Below the pieces are notes generated by a model that saw only the letters and a list, made by a program, of their open reading frames with translations, had not been told where the DNA came from and made no database searches. Position numbers and translations under genes: made by a program. Source: Epithemia pelagica (lineage: Eukaryota; Protista; Bacillariophyta). From it: a stretch of 64,000 bases of DNA. The stretch spans positions 434,001-498,000 of the forward strand of contig OX337233.1 of assembly GCA_946965045.2 (NCBI GenBank), in the 5' to 3' direction. Positions 1-11,525 of the stretch are shown here, one piece after another (the first letter of the stretch is position 1; every line of letters begins with the position of its first letter).

Positions 1-50
1 GGCCACGATTGTTTCGCCACAACAAGCGTCACCCAAAAGACGGCAACGTC

Positions 51-2528
51 ATGAACAAGAAGCGAAACGACGACAAGAACCACAACGAGCAACGAGACGA
101 GGACCATCACCGACAAGACCAGGACGACGACCAAGACCGGACCATGGAAGGCCCCCTAGAAGAAGACGAGGAAGATCCGGATACTAGTCTCTTGGTTTCC
201 TTTTGGGACTTGCACACGGACGATGAAGAAGAGGATGACGATACGGACGCCTTTCAGCCATTGGAGGAGACGGAAGACCATCTGGCGTCCCACATGCCCA
301 GTCCTACACTCTTGTTGTTGGACTGGTTGGAACAATTATGGTCGTCGTCCAGTGACACAAATCATGCCCAAGGAACCAAGGATCCAGAAGAACCAGAACA
401 ACGACAAGGTCCGGACGATTCCCACGAAACTAGGACCGTGGAGGACGTCCACACACAAGCAGAAACTGACCGAGACGAATCCGATGACCACCAGCAAAAG
501 AACAAGCACAAGGGGACCAAACGATTTCGTCTATCGACCTTGCGGTTGTTGCTGATGTTGCGAGGTCGTCGTCGTCACCGCAGTCAGGCCCCTCTGTCAG
601 CCACGCCACCAACAGAGGCATCTCCCACAACAACAACACGAGCAACCAAAACCACAATGGCCGCATCGCCTTCCTCCCCACAACGACCCAGGGCCTCGGC
701 GATTCGCACCTCGGCGATTTGCAGCAGTGGAGCAGTAGGCTCTTCTTCTTCTTCTTCCCCCTCCAGTCAGAAGCACCAGGTTCGATTTCAAATGGACACC
801 AACATCAACAAGAACAAGGATCCATTCGCGTCGAGTCCATCCTTCCACCCCACCAATAAGGAGACTTCTAGTAACACGAACGACAACGACAAGAAGGTCG
901 ACCCGAACCAGAGCCAACCAGAGCCGACAAGAACAATGACGACGCCCAGTCCCCCAGTAGACCCTAACACCGTCCCGGACACGAACGACACCCCCATTCC
1001 GAACGACTTACCACGCTCCAGTTCTACTACTCGGAACCGGAAACACGCGCCAACTCCCACCACCACCACACCAACCAAAACAGCAACTAGAACCACAACA
1101 AACACAACCACTGCCACACGTTCACAACAACCAGGCACTGCCGCAGCAATCCTGATGGTCGATCCTCGTCCCCCCGTTTCATGCATTTCCATTCCTCAAC
1201 CAGCAGTCGAACTCCAACAACAACAAGGACAAGCAGAACCTTCTTCTTCTCCTCCTCGTCGTCGTCGTTCCGTGTTGGGCGGCACCGATAAGGCTGGTAA
1301 CCGAACCAATGACATGCACCAAGAGGCGCAACAACAAGCACCACCACCACAAGACGACGCCAACGACGACGAACCACAAGTACTACCACAAGATTCCTTA
1401 CCAGACCACCAAGAATCGCCGTACAAGAATGACAAGGACGAAACCATGAACCACAAACCAATAATGAAACAGGATGATGGTTGGTGTCGTCGTCGTCGTG
1501 GAGGAGGAGTCGGTGTCGTCTGGAACAAGCTGTTGGGACTCCTCCAAGCACATACCACCACCAGCAACAAGACCGGGCTGCGACAACCACAGGACGATTC
1601 GGTTCCGGATGATGACGACGATGACGAGGACGAAAGTGAAAGTGAGAGTGAAAGTGAACTTCCCGTCATTGAAATCCCCTCGGGACCTCACACGTCCTAC
1701 TGTAGCAGTCTCAGTAGTTCCCAAGGCCTGTCCTCCACCTCCTCCAGCACGAATAGCAGTAGTACCAGTAGCAGTACCAGCAGTACCACCCGGAGCAACA
1801 CGACGACCAGTCCAGAGGAGGAGGAATCCCAGGATCCATCCGAGTCGCACCACAAGTTTTTGGCAAAGGAGACCCACGACCAGCCGCACGTGCTGCCAAC
1901 CAAAGACGATAAGGAAAACGACGAGGCTGGCATGGTTCCTCCTTATCATCCCCTGTGGTCCATCTATCCCTTGGCGACATCGTGCGACACCCACAAGGCA
2001 TTGGACCAATCGACAGCGACCCAAGATTCGGAAACGGCCTTGTTATTGCCCTCCTCGTCCTCCTCGTTTTCCTTTTCCACGTGGCAGGACCACCCCCAAA
2101 CAATCACCAACCATCGCCACCACAGTCGCAGTCGCAGCAACAACGACAACCACACGCTGCCAGACCTGGAGAATGTCCCCACGAAACGCACCAAGCCCCT
2201 GAAAGCCGCCGCACCCGTTCCCGATCCAACGACGACAACGACTCGTTCCATGGCGTTGGATACCGTCTCGACCCCGTGGTTGCCAACGACGACCAATACC
2301 AATTGGGATGCCCTCTTGTCCCATGTCCTAAATGAGCTTTGTCAGGACGACGATGGATGCGATGAATCGACCGTCTTGGGGGCCGCGCCACCTCCTCGGC
2401 CCCTGCGAGAAAATTGGAATACCAAGGCAACCAGTATCATGGCGACAACGACCACCACAACAACAACCAGTTCGTTGCATACCGATCATGCCACCTCCTG
2501 GCGACTCTCCAGCATGTCTCGAATCTAG
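51..2528 (+). CDS. Array gene A1: low-complexity disordered protein (D/E/T/S/Q-rich), ~825 aa; may start upstream of the window
   Basis: Long open frame with no stop from the window edge; first ATG at 51; short aromatic patches (LLLDWLEQLW, NWDALLSHVL) like those in other array genes; no recognisable domain. Confidence 0.75.
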   Translation: MNKKRNDDKNHNEQRDEDHHRQDQDDDQDRTMEGPLEEDEEDPDTSLLVSFWDLHTDDEEEDDDTDAFQPLEETEDHLASHMPSPTLLLLDWLEQLWSSSSDTNHAQGTKDPEEPEQRQGPDDSHETRTVEDVHTQAETDRDESDDHQQKNKHKGTKRFRLSTLRLLLMLRGRRRHRSQAPLSATPPTEASPTTTTRATKTTMAASPSSPQRPRASAIRTSAICSSGAVGSSSSSSPSSQKHQVRFQMDTNINKNKDPFASSPSFHPTNKETSSNTNDNDKKVDPNQSQPEPTRTMTTPSPPVDPNTVPDTNDTPIPNDLPRSSSTTRNRKHAPTPTTTTPTKTATRTTTNTTTATRSQQPGTAAAILMVDPRPPVSCISIPQPAVELQQQQGQAEPSSSPPRRRRSVLGGTDKAGNRTNDMHQEAQQQAPPPQDDANDDEPQVLPQDSLPDHQESPYKNDKDETMNHKPIMKQDDGWCRRRRGGGVGVVWNKLLGLLQAHTTTSNKTGLRQPQDDSVPDDDDDDEDESESESESELPVIEIPSGPHTSYCSSLSSSQGLSSTSSSTNSSSTSSSTSSTTRSNTTTSPEEEESQDPSESHHKFLAKETHDQPHVLPTKDDKENDEAGMVPPYHPLWSIYPLATSCDTHKALDQSTATQDSETALLLPSSSSSFSFSTWQDHPQTITNHRHHSRSRSNNDNHTLPDLENVPTKRTKPLKAAAPVPDPTTTTTRSMALDTVSTPWLPTTTNTNWDALLSHVLNELCQDDDGCDESTVLGAAPPPRPLRENWNTKATSIMATTTTTTTTSSLHTDHATSWRLSSMSRI

Positions 2529-3116
2529 GCTACTCCTAGCTAGAGGTAGACGCAGTATACTATATAATCTATAACACCGTCACAACCCATGTGGAGGAAG
2601 GAATCGCCAAGGTAGACGTTTCACTTGGGATTGGAATACTCCAATCTCTCCTCGGGGCCAACTACCTAGGAGTAGACACTTTTTCTCATTCGTAATAATA
2701 GTACGCCTAGCTCATTCTTGGAGTCAGATCACGTATTGCCTGCCACGCGCATAAGAGCGACTCATTGCTCGTGTGCGCGCACGCCGAGAATCTCTTGGAC
2801 GCAGTTTTCGAGATTCGTCACAAAAAATATACAAGAGAGGTGCACACAGCCAAGGATCCATGGTGCACCGCGCACCCCTGGACATGCTCCCCCATATCCC
2901 TGTGGCAGCATGGAGCAGCTCGCGATAAGTCCTCTGGAGTATAGCCCTCGGTCCGAGAAAACAATTTTGTCAAGAGAGGCATGTCAACCAAAGACCGAAA
3001 TGTGCCTGTCGCAACGTTCGAGCAAGTTCGAGAATATCTCCAAACGACATATATTCGATAGTACTCAACTATATCGACCATCGCATCCAGAGTTCCTACC
3101 ATTGCGATACAGGAAC

Positions 3117-4115
3117 ATGGTGGTCCAAGCCGAGTCCTGGAATTGTTGGATGCCAGAGGAGGAACAACAAGAACAACCATCGGTGCGTGCCAGAGTCGAT
3201 TCTCTCTTGCAATCTCTGGAGGATCCACCCAAGACGTCCAAACGACCAGGACAACAACGAGTCCAATCCCTTTTGCAGTCGCTGGAAGATCCACCCAAAC
3301 GCTCCCCACGACAACAAGAACAACGCCGACACCATCAAGATCATCATCACCAAGATTCCACCACCCCACGGCCACGACAATGGCAATCCCGTCGTCCCCG
3401 CGAGTCATCATCGAGTCCGGGCCAGCCGGTGCCTGCCCGAAGAGCATCGGCCTCGACTACGACAAGTGGTAGTACTACTACGAGTAGTAGTACTGCGACG
3501 CCCGTGTCGATTCGACGAAGTCGAGCCACGGTTCAGAAGAATGCGACACCGGAACCCTCCAGCCCACATTCCGTCATTCCAACATGGTCGATTAAGCAAT
3601 TTTATCGAACCGGCACTCGACGAAACAGCAACCACAGCCAAAACAGCAACAACAAGTCCCCACCCAAACAAAAACCTCCAGCCGTGGCCCTGCCAGAGGA
3701 GAAAGACGACGATCCACTCAATGACTACGAAGACGACGAAGACGATGATGACGAAACGCGTCACGAAAGACGCGAAGAAGAACACGATCCTGAATTGGAC
3801 GACGACAGTCGTGTCACCATGGTTCGGCGCGTGTCCATGTCTTCTCAAGTCTCTCTTTCCGTGACGTCCACATCGGCCCAGTCCACAGCCGCCTATTCCC
3901 TGGGCAATACCACCATGACCACGGCCCTGCCGCCCCAGTACTTTTATTCTTCGTATTATCATCCCTATTATTATTCGGATGCAATTCAGGATCCAGCCAC
4001 CACCAGCAACAGTGGCTATGGCGTCCTCATGGATTGCCTGTTGGAACAAAGTCTCTTGGTCTGTCACGAAATGGGACAAGATGTCATGGGTACGGCGCGG
4101 CCCATTCGATGGTAA
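3117..4115 (+). CDS. Array gene A2: disordered protein with a duplicated RVxSLLQSLEDPPK motif
   Basis: ORF 2718-4115; composition becomes array-like after ATG 3117 (aacATGg); C-terminal GYGVLMDCLLEQ resembles the array motif. Start uncertain. Confidence 0.65.
   Translation: MVVQAESWNCWMPEEEQQEQPSVRARVDSLLQSLEDPPKTSKRPGQQRVQSLLQSLEDPPKRSPRQQEQRRHHQDHHHQDSTTPRPRQWQSRRPRESSSSPGQPVPARRASASTTTSGSTTTSSSTATPVSIRRSRATVQKNATPEPSSPHSVIPTWSIKQFYRTGTRRNSNHSQNSNNKSPPKQKPPAVALPEEKDDDPLNDYEDDEDDDDETRHERREEEHDPELDDDSRVTMVRRVSMSSQVSLSVTSTSAQSTAAYSLGNTTMTTALPPQYFYSSYYHPYYYSDAIQDPATTSNSGYGVLMDCLLEQSLLVCHEMGQDVMGTARPIRW
3192..3299 (+). repeat. Two in-frame copies of a 14-codon motif, 66-nt period
   Basis: agagtcgattctctcttgcaatctctggaggatccacccaag at 3192 vs cgagtccaatcccttttgcagtcgctggaagatccacccaaa at 3258. 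Confidence 0.85.
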
Positions 4116-4550
4116 CTCAACACAAACACTAAACGCAAAACTCAAAACACACTCTGTGCTTTGGTGGATCCCACCAAGAGTTGTCCGACACGTGACTCCC
4201 AATCATGGACAACAACACATTCGATTGGGAACGTTTTTCTCCTGTTTCTCTACAATTCCACCACAACAACAAGAAGAGTAACTCTACAATATATTTATCT
4301 AGGATATATGGTAGAAAACTCGCATCGTTTCCAAACCTTTTCCACACACTGTCCCACGAGGAGAGGGCTCCTCATTCTCTTCAGTTTTCATTCCGCTCGC
4401 AGTGAGAGTCGTTCTACATTTGTGTAAATCACCCAATGTGTGGGTAGAATTGGTCCAGAATACGTGGGAGAGAAAGAGAAGGTTGTCACTGTTGCTTTTG
4501 GGGGAAATGCAGAGGGGGGAGAGAGAGGGTTCTTCCTGTTGTGGTCTGGT

Positions 4551-4895
4551 GGAGGGGTGCGCCGCCACCAGAAGGCCATTGTCCAAGGTGCGCCGCCATG
4601 TGTGGGGGATGCGCCACACCGAATGAAGTAGACTGTATCAGGAGCGTGTCGGAGAGGGGGAAAGAGAGAGAGTTCTTTTTGGTCTCTATAGGATGATGGA
4701 GGAGGTGCGCCACAAGGCCATTGTCCCAGGTGCGCCATGGGGGCAGTGGGGGATGCGCCTTACCGAGAGCTACGACACTTTACAGATTGGTCTCTATAAT
4801 GGAGGCGGTGCGCCACAAGGCCATTGTCCCAGGTGCGCCATGTAGAGAGTGGGGGATGCGCCACACGGAGAGGTACGACACTTTACACATTGGTG
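4551..4895 (+). repeat. Three ~100-bp tandem units, each carrying two GGTGCGCC and one GATGCGCC, upstream of A3
   Basis: Units start at ~4551, 4701 and 4801 and share ggtgcgcc..aaggccattgtcc.aggtgcgcc..gtgggggatgcgcc; units 2 and 3 also share tacgacactttaca.attggt. Confidence 0.85.
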
Positions 4896-5090
4896 ATTGA
4901 GGAACAAATAGATTCTTGGAACCTTTGAAAGTGAACCGTTTCAGGGATCTACGGGACGCATTTCAAATCCAACACAAGAACACATGAAATAGTACGGAAA
5001 AAAGGCAGATGGTACCAGAATGCATAACGCAAGGCAAAGCAGCCCATCGATTGAAACGAACAAACACCTGGATAGACTGGATTCCATACC

Positions 5091-6359
5091 ATGAATACAA
5101 CGTACCGGACCAATCGTTCCAATCAACGACTTGGAGGAGGAACCGTAACCCGGGATAGCATTTTGGTACAAGGCCAAAAGCAACGACGACGACAGCGACA
5201 TAGTACTCTCAAGGCATCTTCCACCTCTTCTTGCAGTTCCTGCCCCGAAGATCCCGTCCTCGTGTATCCCAAGGGACAACCACAAGCCGGAGGACAGACT
5301 CGAGACGATGGCATTGTCATGTCGTCTCTTGTTTCGGAATCGCCAGGGTGTCATTCGTTTCTATCTCCCAGAGTACCCGAACAACCACCATCGTTGTCGG
5401 GCGTTGGGACCAAGAAACAGTCTCTGTATCGACGATACAATTGTTTGGCACCCCGGACCAGATGCGCGGGACCATTACTGAATGGTCCTCTTACCGGCAT
5501 GGAGGATGAGGAATACTCCACGGCGAGCAGTCTTGGCAAGATCAACAACAACAAGGGAATTGCGATTGACAAGGACGACAAGACCAAGATCATCAACAAC
5601 ACCAGTCCAAACTCCAATACGTATTGTACACCCGGCATGTCTTCCTTTCTGTTTCCGACCAATGACGAGAATGAAACCCAAAACTCCCACAAGACCTTAT
5701 CCAAGCGACGTTACACACTCCAAAAAAGTCTCTCGAATCGATCGTCCTCCAAGTCCTTGTTGTCATTGTCATCACCACAAACTCCTGTCACCAACAACAC
5801 GAACAAGACTCGCAGCTTTCCCGACACCTTTTTTCACACTCCCCAAGACGAATTTGGATTTCCCACCACGACGACTACGACAAATCCCGACCAGGAATCG
5901 CCGCCGTCCACTACGACTTCTACTTCGACTACGACTACTAGCACAACCATGTCTGACGATGAGCCAACCCTTCGCATCTTTCCCGCCGTCAGTCCCTGGG
6001 TGACATCCTCCCCGACGTCCTCCTCCACCAAGTTGTCGAATACGCTGCCCAAAAACAAGACGACGACGACGACAAGTCCCCTCCAAAACTCTCCGAAGAA
6101 GCAGCAGGACCACAAAAAGACAAAATCTCCATCATCTTCCACGTCTCGTCATTCCTGCTGGTCCTCGTCTGGCAACACCACGGTTTGTTCCAATGACTCA
6201 TCATCGCATTCGGACGATGCCTTTACCGAACTTGTGACGGCCGCACGGTCGCCCCATCGTGGTGCCTATTCTTCGTATATGATGATGGATCAGTGGTTTT
6301 ATCCCGACCAAGATGACGATTCGGCCGTGTCCGAGTTTTTTGGTTCCAACTATTTTTAA
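5091..6359 (+). CDS. Array gene A3: S/T-rich disordered protein, 422 aa
   Basis: ORF with accATG; C-terminus DDAFTEL...MMMDQWFY...DDDSAVSEFFG carries all three array motifs. Confidence 0.75.
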   Translation: MNTTYRTNRSNQRLGGGTVTRDSILVQGQKQRRRQRHSTLKASSTSSCSSCPEDPVLVYPKGQPQAGGQTRDDGIVMSSLVSESPGCHSFLSPRVPEQPPSLSGVGTKKQSLYRRYNCLAPRTRCAGPLLNGPLTGMEDEEYSTASSLGKINNNKGIAIDKDDKTKIINNTSPNSNTYCTPGMSSFLFPTNDENETQNSHKTLSKRRYTLQKSLSNRSSSKSLLSLSSPQTPVTNNTNKTRSFPDTFFHTPQDEFGFPTTTTTTNPDQESPPSTTTSTSTTTTSTTMSDDEPTLRIFPAVSPWVTSSPTSSSTKLSNTLPKNKTTTTTSPLQNSPKKQQDHKKTKSPSSSTSRHSCWSSSGNTTVCSNDSSSHSDDAFTELVTAARSPHRGAYSSYMMMDQWFYPDQDDDSAVSEFFGSNYF

Positions 6360-6777
6360 TCCTACTACATGTACCTCTCCTATATAGGTAGTCCACTCGT
6401 GTTGGATCCATTTCGCACACAGGATACCCACGTTGCGGTTCCAAAGAATGAGGTCGTGCCCGTCACAACCTCGTGCTTGTAGTAGCTAGGTCGTACCAAA
6501 GAATGGATTCCCAAACTCTAGTTTTTGGACCATGCGGCTCCAAGGTGTGATAACCTTCCAGCCGATTTCTACGAGACTAGAGACAAACACACATACATGA
6601 ATGGCCGTATAGAGTTCCATACGAGAAAAAAGGCTGTTCTCGTCGTTGCTCCACGTTCCCCATTTGCAAATTACCGTTTTACGTTTGTCCACAAAGTACA
6701 ATGGAATGAATTCGAGTAGACCCGTTCCGAACTGTATCGCCATGGTGTTCTAGTATTGTCGATCTACCTTGAGCGAC

Positions 6778-9773
6778 TCGTTTGTTCCTCTCTCCGTGCT
6801 CTATTCCATGGTTCTAGATCCAAATCGTAGTCTAGAGGAGTACTAGAAAAATAGTCCTAGATAGCTACTCTCTCTCTAGCTAGCGGTTGGCGAACATTTC
6901 AGTGTACAATAATATATTGGATCTCGCAGTGTTCCTATAATATTGTAGTACGATATCCCCCATTTGGGGGTTCTTGGGAACCTTGGGTAGACCGCCCGTC
7001 GGGCATGTGTTTCCTATCTCGCACGCTCTCAAAATGAGAAACACGATGCCATGGCGCAGCTCACGGTGCGCCAACGCAACAGTAGTGGATTCGCTCCATC
7101 CCAATAATTGCCATACTACCGTTCCAAAGTAAAGCAGGGAGAAATGGACGGTCGTTACTTACACCGGACATGGTTCAACCGAAGGCGCGATGATAATAAT
7201 AACATATTTACACTCTACATGTGCGTACTACTACGAGAACCGGTACCCACCCTCGTATTCCGGGAATGACTAGACAGTATGGTGCGACACAACATCATGA
7301 GGTTCACGAACGGCCAACCCTAACGGCGAGACTGTACGTTGATTCCTCCACCAGTTGGGCCGTTGACACTTTTAGTTTTGGTTTCTGGGAATATTTCGCA
7401 GGCACTGCGTTCTCTCGCTCTCGGTGCTCCAGTGCAACAATCCTCCTCCTTTTTTTGCGCGGTGTGCACACAGTGTTGTTGTTTCCAAAAAGAACCATCA
7501 TCCTCCACAGCAAGAGAGAGCCGAACCAAGACACGATCGAACCGAACGGGGGAGGGACAAGGAGGAGGAACAAGGCACTGCCTGTCATTGAGTGTTGTCA
7601 TGAATACTAGTAGTATTTCACAGACGAGGAACCGGAATGCCATGGCGTCGTCCAGGATTGCCCATTCCTCCAAACAAACCACGACGAGGACGAATTCAAT
7701 GTTCAAATCCTCCAAGGGACGTTCCACTTCTCCTTCCAAAGCAACAACAGCGCGGCAAAAGTTACCACCCAAGTCGCAGCAACACAAGAAAAAGCAACAG
7801 CAACCGTCTCCCTCCAAATCCAGAGGCACAACGACAAGCAGTCCTCCGCGACGAACAACCAATCGCCCACCGGCTCGCTCCGTCGTGGGTCGAAGCATCA
7901 GTAGTACACGAAATCAACGACCCACCAGTCCCGCGGCTCGTCGTCGATCACAACCCCCGAAATCGAATGGGGCCCGCATGATCCAAGACGACAAGTCCAC
8001 TGGCCGAAACGAGTTGTTTCATCATCATCATCATCATCCTTCCACAACACACCACAGTCGTTCCACCCGGTCCACGTTCGCCAAACAACAACAACGCCCG
8101 CCTCTGATGGCTGCCCCCGCCCTGTGGTCCTCCGACAAGGATGACGTGTCGTGGAGTAGCTCTCATGTCGATGCCAGTCCGGTACAAGTGCCTTCTTCCT
8201 CCTGGTCATCCTGGTTGGGTGTCGGCTATTTGACACGATCAACGTCCTTGTCCGCGTCCTCCGAAGCACCGTCGTTTGTTCCTCTGAGGCGTCCATTCCA
8301 TGGTTCTAGATCCAAAATCGTAGTCTAGAGGAGTACTAGAAAAATATTCGCCTAGGAAGCTACTCTCTAGCTAGCGGTTGGCGAACATTTCAGTGTACAA
8401 TAATATATTGGATATCGCAGTGTTCCTATAATATTGTAGTACGATATCCCCCATTTTGGGGGTCTTGGGAACCTTCGGTAGCGCGCCCGTCGGGCATGTG
8501 TTTCCTAACTCGCACGCTCTCAAAATGAGAAACCCGACGCCATGGCGCAGCTCACGGTGCGCCAACGCAACAGTAGTGGATTCGCTCCATCCCAATAATT
8601 GCCATACTACCGTTCCAAAGTAAAGCAGGGAGAAGTGGACGGTCGTTACTTACACCGGACATGGTTCAACCGAAGGCGCGATGATAATAACATATATACA
8701 CTTTACGTGTGCGTACTACTACTACGAGAACCGGTACCCACCCTCGTATTCCGGGAATGGCTTGACAGTATGGTGCGACACAACATTATGAGGTTCACGA
8801 ACGACCTCTCTTTGGCGAGACTGTACCTCCACCAGTTGGTCCGTTGACACTTTTTTGGGTTTCGGTTTTTTTCGCAGGCAGGTGGGCCGGTGCTCCGTGC
8901 AACAATCCTCCTCCTTTTTTTGCGCACAGTGCACACAGTTGTTGTTGTTGTTTCCAAAAAGAACCATCATCCTCCACAGCAAGAGAGAGCCGAACCAAGA
9001 CACGATCGAACCGAACGGGGGAGGGACAAGGAGGAGGAACAAGGCACTGCCTGTCATTGAGTGTTGTCATGAATACTAGTAGCATTTCGCATAGAAGGAA
9101 CCGGAATGCCACTGCGTCGTCATCAAGGATTGGTAAAGCGCAACAAACCACACCAACGACGACGAGGACGAATGGTTCCATGTTCAAATCCTCCAAGGTT
9201 CGTTCCACCTCTCCTTCCAAAGCAACAACAACAACGACAACACGACCAAAGTTACCACCCAAGTCGCAGCAAACCAAGAAAAAGCAACAACAGCAATCGT
9301 CTTCATCCAAATCAAGAGGCACCACATCAATGATGACAACCAGTCCTCCTCCGCAGCGACGAACCAATCGACCACCGGCCCGCTCCGTCGTGGGTCGAAG
9401 CATCAGTAGTACACGAAACCAACGACCCACCAGTCCCGCGGCTCGTCGTCGACCACAACAACAACCCCCGAAATCGAATGGGGCCCGCATGATCCAAGAC
9501 GACAAGTCCACTGCCAGAAACGACTCGTTTCATCAAACAACCACACAAAACAGCCGTTCCACCCGGTCCTCGTCGATAAAGCAACCCTCGTCTTCGACTC
9601 CCCCAACAGCTGCCGCCCTGTGGTCCTCCGACCAGGATGACGTGTCGTGGAGTAGCTCTCATGTCGATGCCAGTCCGGTACAAGTGTCTTCTTCCTCTTG
9701 GTCATCCTGGTTCGGTGTCAGTTCTTGGACACGATCCCCGTCCTGGTCCGCGTCGTCGGAAGCACCGTCGTTT
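6778..9773 (+). repeat. Tandem duplication of a ~1.5-kb unit (promoter plus 5' part of gene A4)
   Basis: 6778-8271 aligns with 8272-9767; TCGTTT is present at 6778, at the junction 8272 and at 9768. Confidence 0.92.
7600..8328 (+). CDS. Array gene A4a: 3'-truncated paralog of A4b (242 aa)
   Basis: gtcATG at 7600; MNTSSIS...SEAPSF aligns with the N-terminus of 9069-11525, then runs into the duplicated promoter and stops. Confidence 0.65.
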   Translation: MNTSSISQTRNRNAMASSRIAHSSKQTTTRTNSMFKSSKGRSTSPSKATTARQKLPPKSQQHKKKQQQPSPSKSRGTTTSSPPRRTTNRPPARSVVGRSISSTRNQRPTSPAARRRSQPPKSNGARMIQDDKSTGRNELFHHHHHHPSTTHHSRSTRSTFAKQQQRPPLMAAPALWSSDKDDVSWSSSHVDASPVQVPSSSWSSWLGVGYLTRSTSLSASSEAPSFVPLRRPFHGSRSKIVV

Positions 9774-11525
9774 CCTCCCACGCCACCAAAAGAAAAAGAA
9801 GAAACAGAGCACGAACACAAAGAAGCCGACACCATTGCTGCCGTGGCACCATCCCCATTGTCGTCGTCGTCGTATTCGTTTTGGCCATGGTCCACCACCA
9901 GCTCTACTAGTCCACTAGACAAGGAAAAGGACGACGACAAAACCCAGAAACCGAATCTGAATGCCGAGGACAAGGACCAGAACAAGGACAAGGACACAAC
10001 GACGGGAGCCACTCCACCAGTGGAAACGGATGCATCCGTGTCGTGCGAAACGGAGCAGGCCACGAGTACCAACAGTCTGTGGCTATCCTCGTTCTTTTCC
10101 ACACCCACGACACGTGACGAAACCACCACGGACCAGGGCTCCACCAAAAAGGACCACCAAGACCCGAATACGAACAAGAACGACGACAACGACACGAATC
10201 AAAAGGACCCGGCCAATAATGAGAAGATGGCACCAACCCAAGTCGAGGCGTTGTCGTCGTCCTCTTTTCCGAATACCGACGACAAGAGCAAGACTTTGGG
10301 AGGCTTGTTTTCCTCCTGGTTTTCCGGAAAGAAGCGTGCCGTAGAAGAAACGTCCGCGCACAAGACTGACTCCCAACACAACGACAAGAACGACGTGGAG
10401 GACGCACCCGTTCCACCCGTGGCTTCCTTATCGTCGTCGTCGTCTTCCTCCTCCTCCTCCTCGGAGTCTGCTTCTCTTTCGGATTCCAACAACAAGGATG
10501 TGAACAAAACAGGATTCACGACACCTGATCGGGACTTGTTGTCGGTCCACCATGAGTCACCACCACAGGATGATACTGTGGTTGTAAAGCTACCCATTGT
10601 CGTCCCGGATCGGTACCAACCCTTGGACGACACCAATCACCAAGAGGACACGGAGAAGCAGCTGGAAAGGCCAACCAAGCAAAACGAGGAACCGGAGAAC
10701 TCGCCGTCCACCACCAATCCTCGTACAATGATGGCCCGAGTCCAAGACGACACGAATCTGGCAGAGCCGCCGCCGCCGCCTGGTGCATCCAAACAACAAG
10801 AGCAGCACCACCGAGGGGAACATGCCACCAAAACGAGACTGACACGATTCCTTGTTGCCTCGTCCCAGTCGTCGAATGGAGGCGGCGACGATTCCGTCAC
10901 GACCGACAGGAACGATTCCTCCACCTGCTATACGGGCGAAGCTTCCGATGCCTTTACCACCCTACCCGGAGAAGAAGACTGTGGTACCATGGACAATTTA
11001 ATGGAATATTGGTTGGAAGGAGTCTATGGAGGAGGAGGAAAAGGACAAGAAACTCCAACACCACGACAAGACCGTCCCCGTGAAACGCTAGAAGAATATG
11101 AGGAGTATGATGGTGAATCCACTGCTTCCAGTCGTTTCGAACAACATTCCGTGGTAACCCAGGATATGGTCTTGTCGGCCTTTGTGGGAGGCGAAGACTC
11201 ATTGTGGCAGGGCACCATTTCTGGTGGTAATGGTGGAACGACTCGTGATCGTCATCGGGCCCTTGCCCCCAACATGCGTTCCGTGCCAATCCAAGAACAG
11301 GACCATGATGATGACGACGACGACGAGGAACCACAAGAAAAGGATCCTGAAGATGCTGACAAACAAGAAACAGCATTGACGACCAACAACAACAATCCCA
11401 ACACTACTGCTCCATGTGTAGCGTCGTCATCCTTGCCCATTCGGGACACTGGAAACAAGAGCAAAAGTTCCAAACTGCTGCAAACGCCCATGCCCTTTCA
11501 AAAAACCACCTCAACGGCATGGTAG
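9069..11525 (+). CDS. Array gene A4b: disordered protein, ~818 aa
   Basis: gtcATG at 9069 inside ORF 8844-11525; contains SDAFTTL, MDNLMEYWLEGVYGG and MVLSAFVGG. Confidence 0.8.
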   Translation: MNTSSISHRRNRNATASSSRIGKAQQTTPTTTRTNGSMFKSSKVRSTSPSKATTTTTTRPKLPPKSQQTKKKQQQQSSSSKSRGTTSMMTTSPPPQRRTNRPPARSVVGRSISSTRNQRPTSPAARRRPQQQPPKSNGARMIQDDKSTARNDSFHQTTTQNSRSTRSSSIKQPSSSTPPTAAALWSSDQDDVSWSSSHVDASPVQVSSSSWSSWFGVSSWTRSPSWSASSEAPSFPPTPPKEKEETEHEHKEADTIAAVAPSPLSSSSYSFWPWSTTSSTSPLDKEKDDDKTQKPNLNAEDKDQNKDKDTTTGATPPVETDASVSCETEQATSTNSLWLSSFFSTPTTRDETTTDQGSTKKDHQDPNTNKNDDNDTNQKDPANNEKMAPTQVEALSSSSFPNTDDKSKTLGGLFSSWFSGKKRAVEETSAHKTDSQHNDKNDVEDAPVPPVASLSSSSSSSSSSSESASLSDSNNKDVNKTGFTTPDRDLLSVHHESPPQDDTVVVKLPIVVPDRYQPLDDTNHQEDTEKQLERPTKQNEEPENSPSTTNPRTMMARVQDDTNLAEPPPPPGASKQQEQHHRGEHATKTRLTRFLVASSQSSNGGGDDSVTTDRNDSSTCYTGEASDAFTTLPGEEDCGTMDNLMEYWLEGVYGGGGKGQETPTPRQDRPRETLEEYEEYDGESTASSRFEQHSVVTQDMVLSAFVGGEDSLWQGTISGGNGGTTRDRHRALAPNMRSVPIQEQDHDDDDDDEEPQEKDPEDADKQETALTTNNNNPNTTAPCVASSSLPIRDTGNKSKSSKLLQTPMPFQKTTSTAW

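Noticed and set aside
2718-3116. TTG/upstream extension of A2, and similar upstream extensions at 7339, 8844, 25373, 41659 and 57652
   Set aside because: Non-ATG starts with promoter-like sequence; in A4a/b the upstream parts are not frame-conserved between the duplicates.
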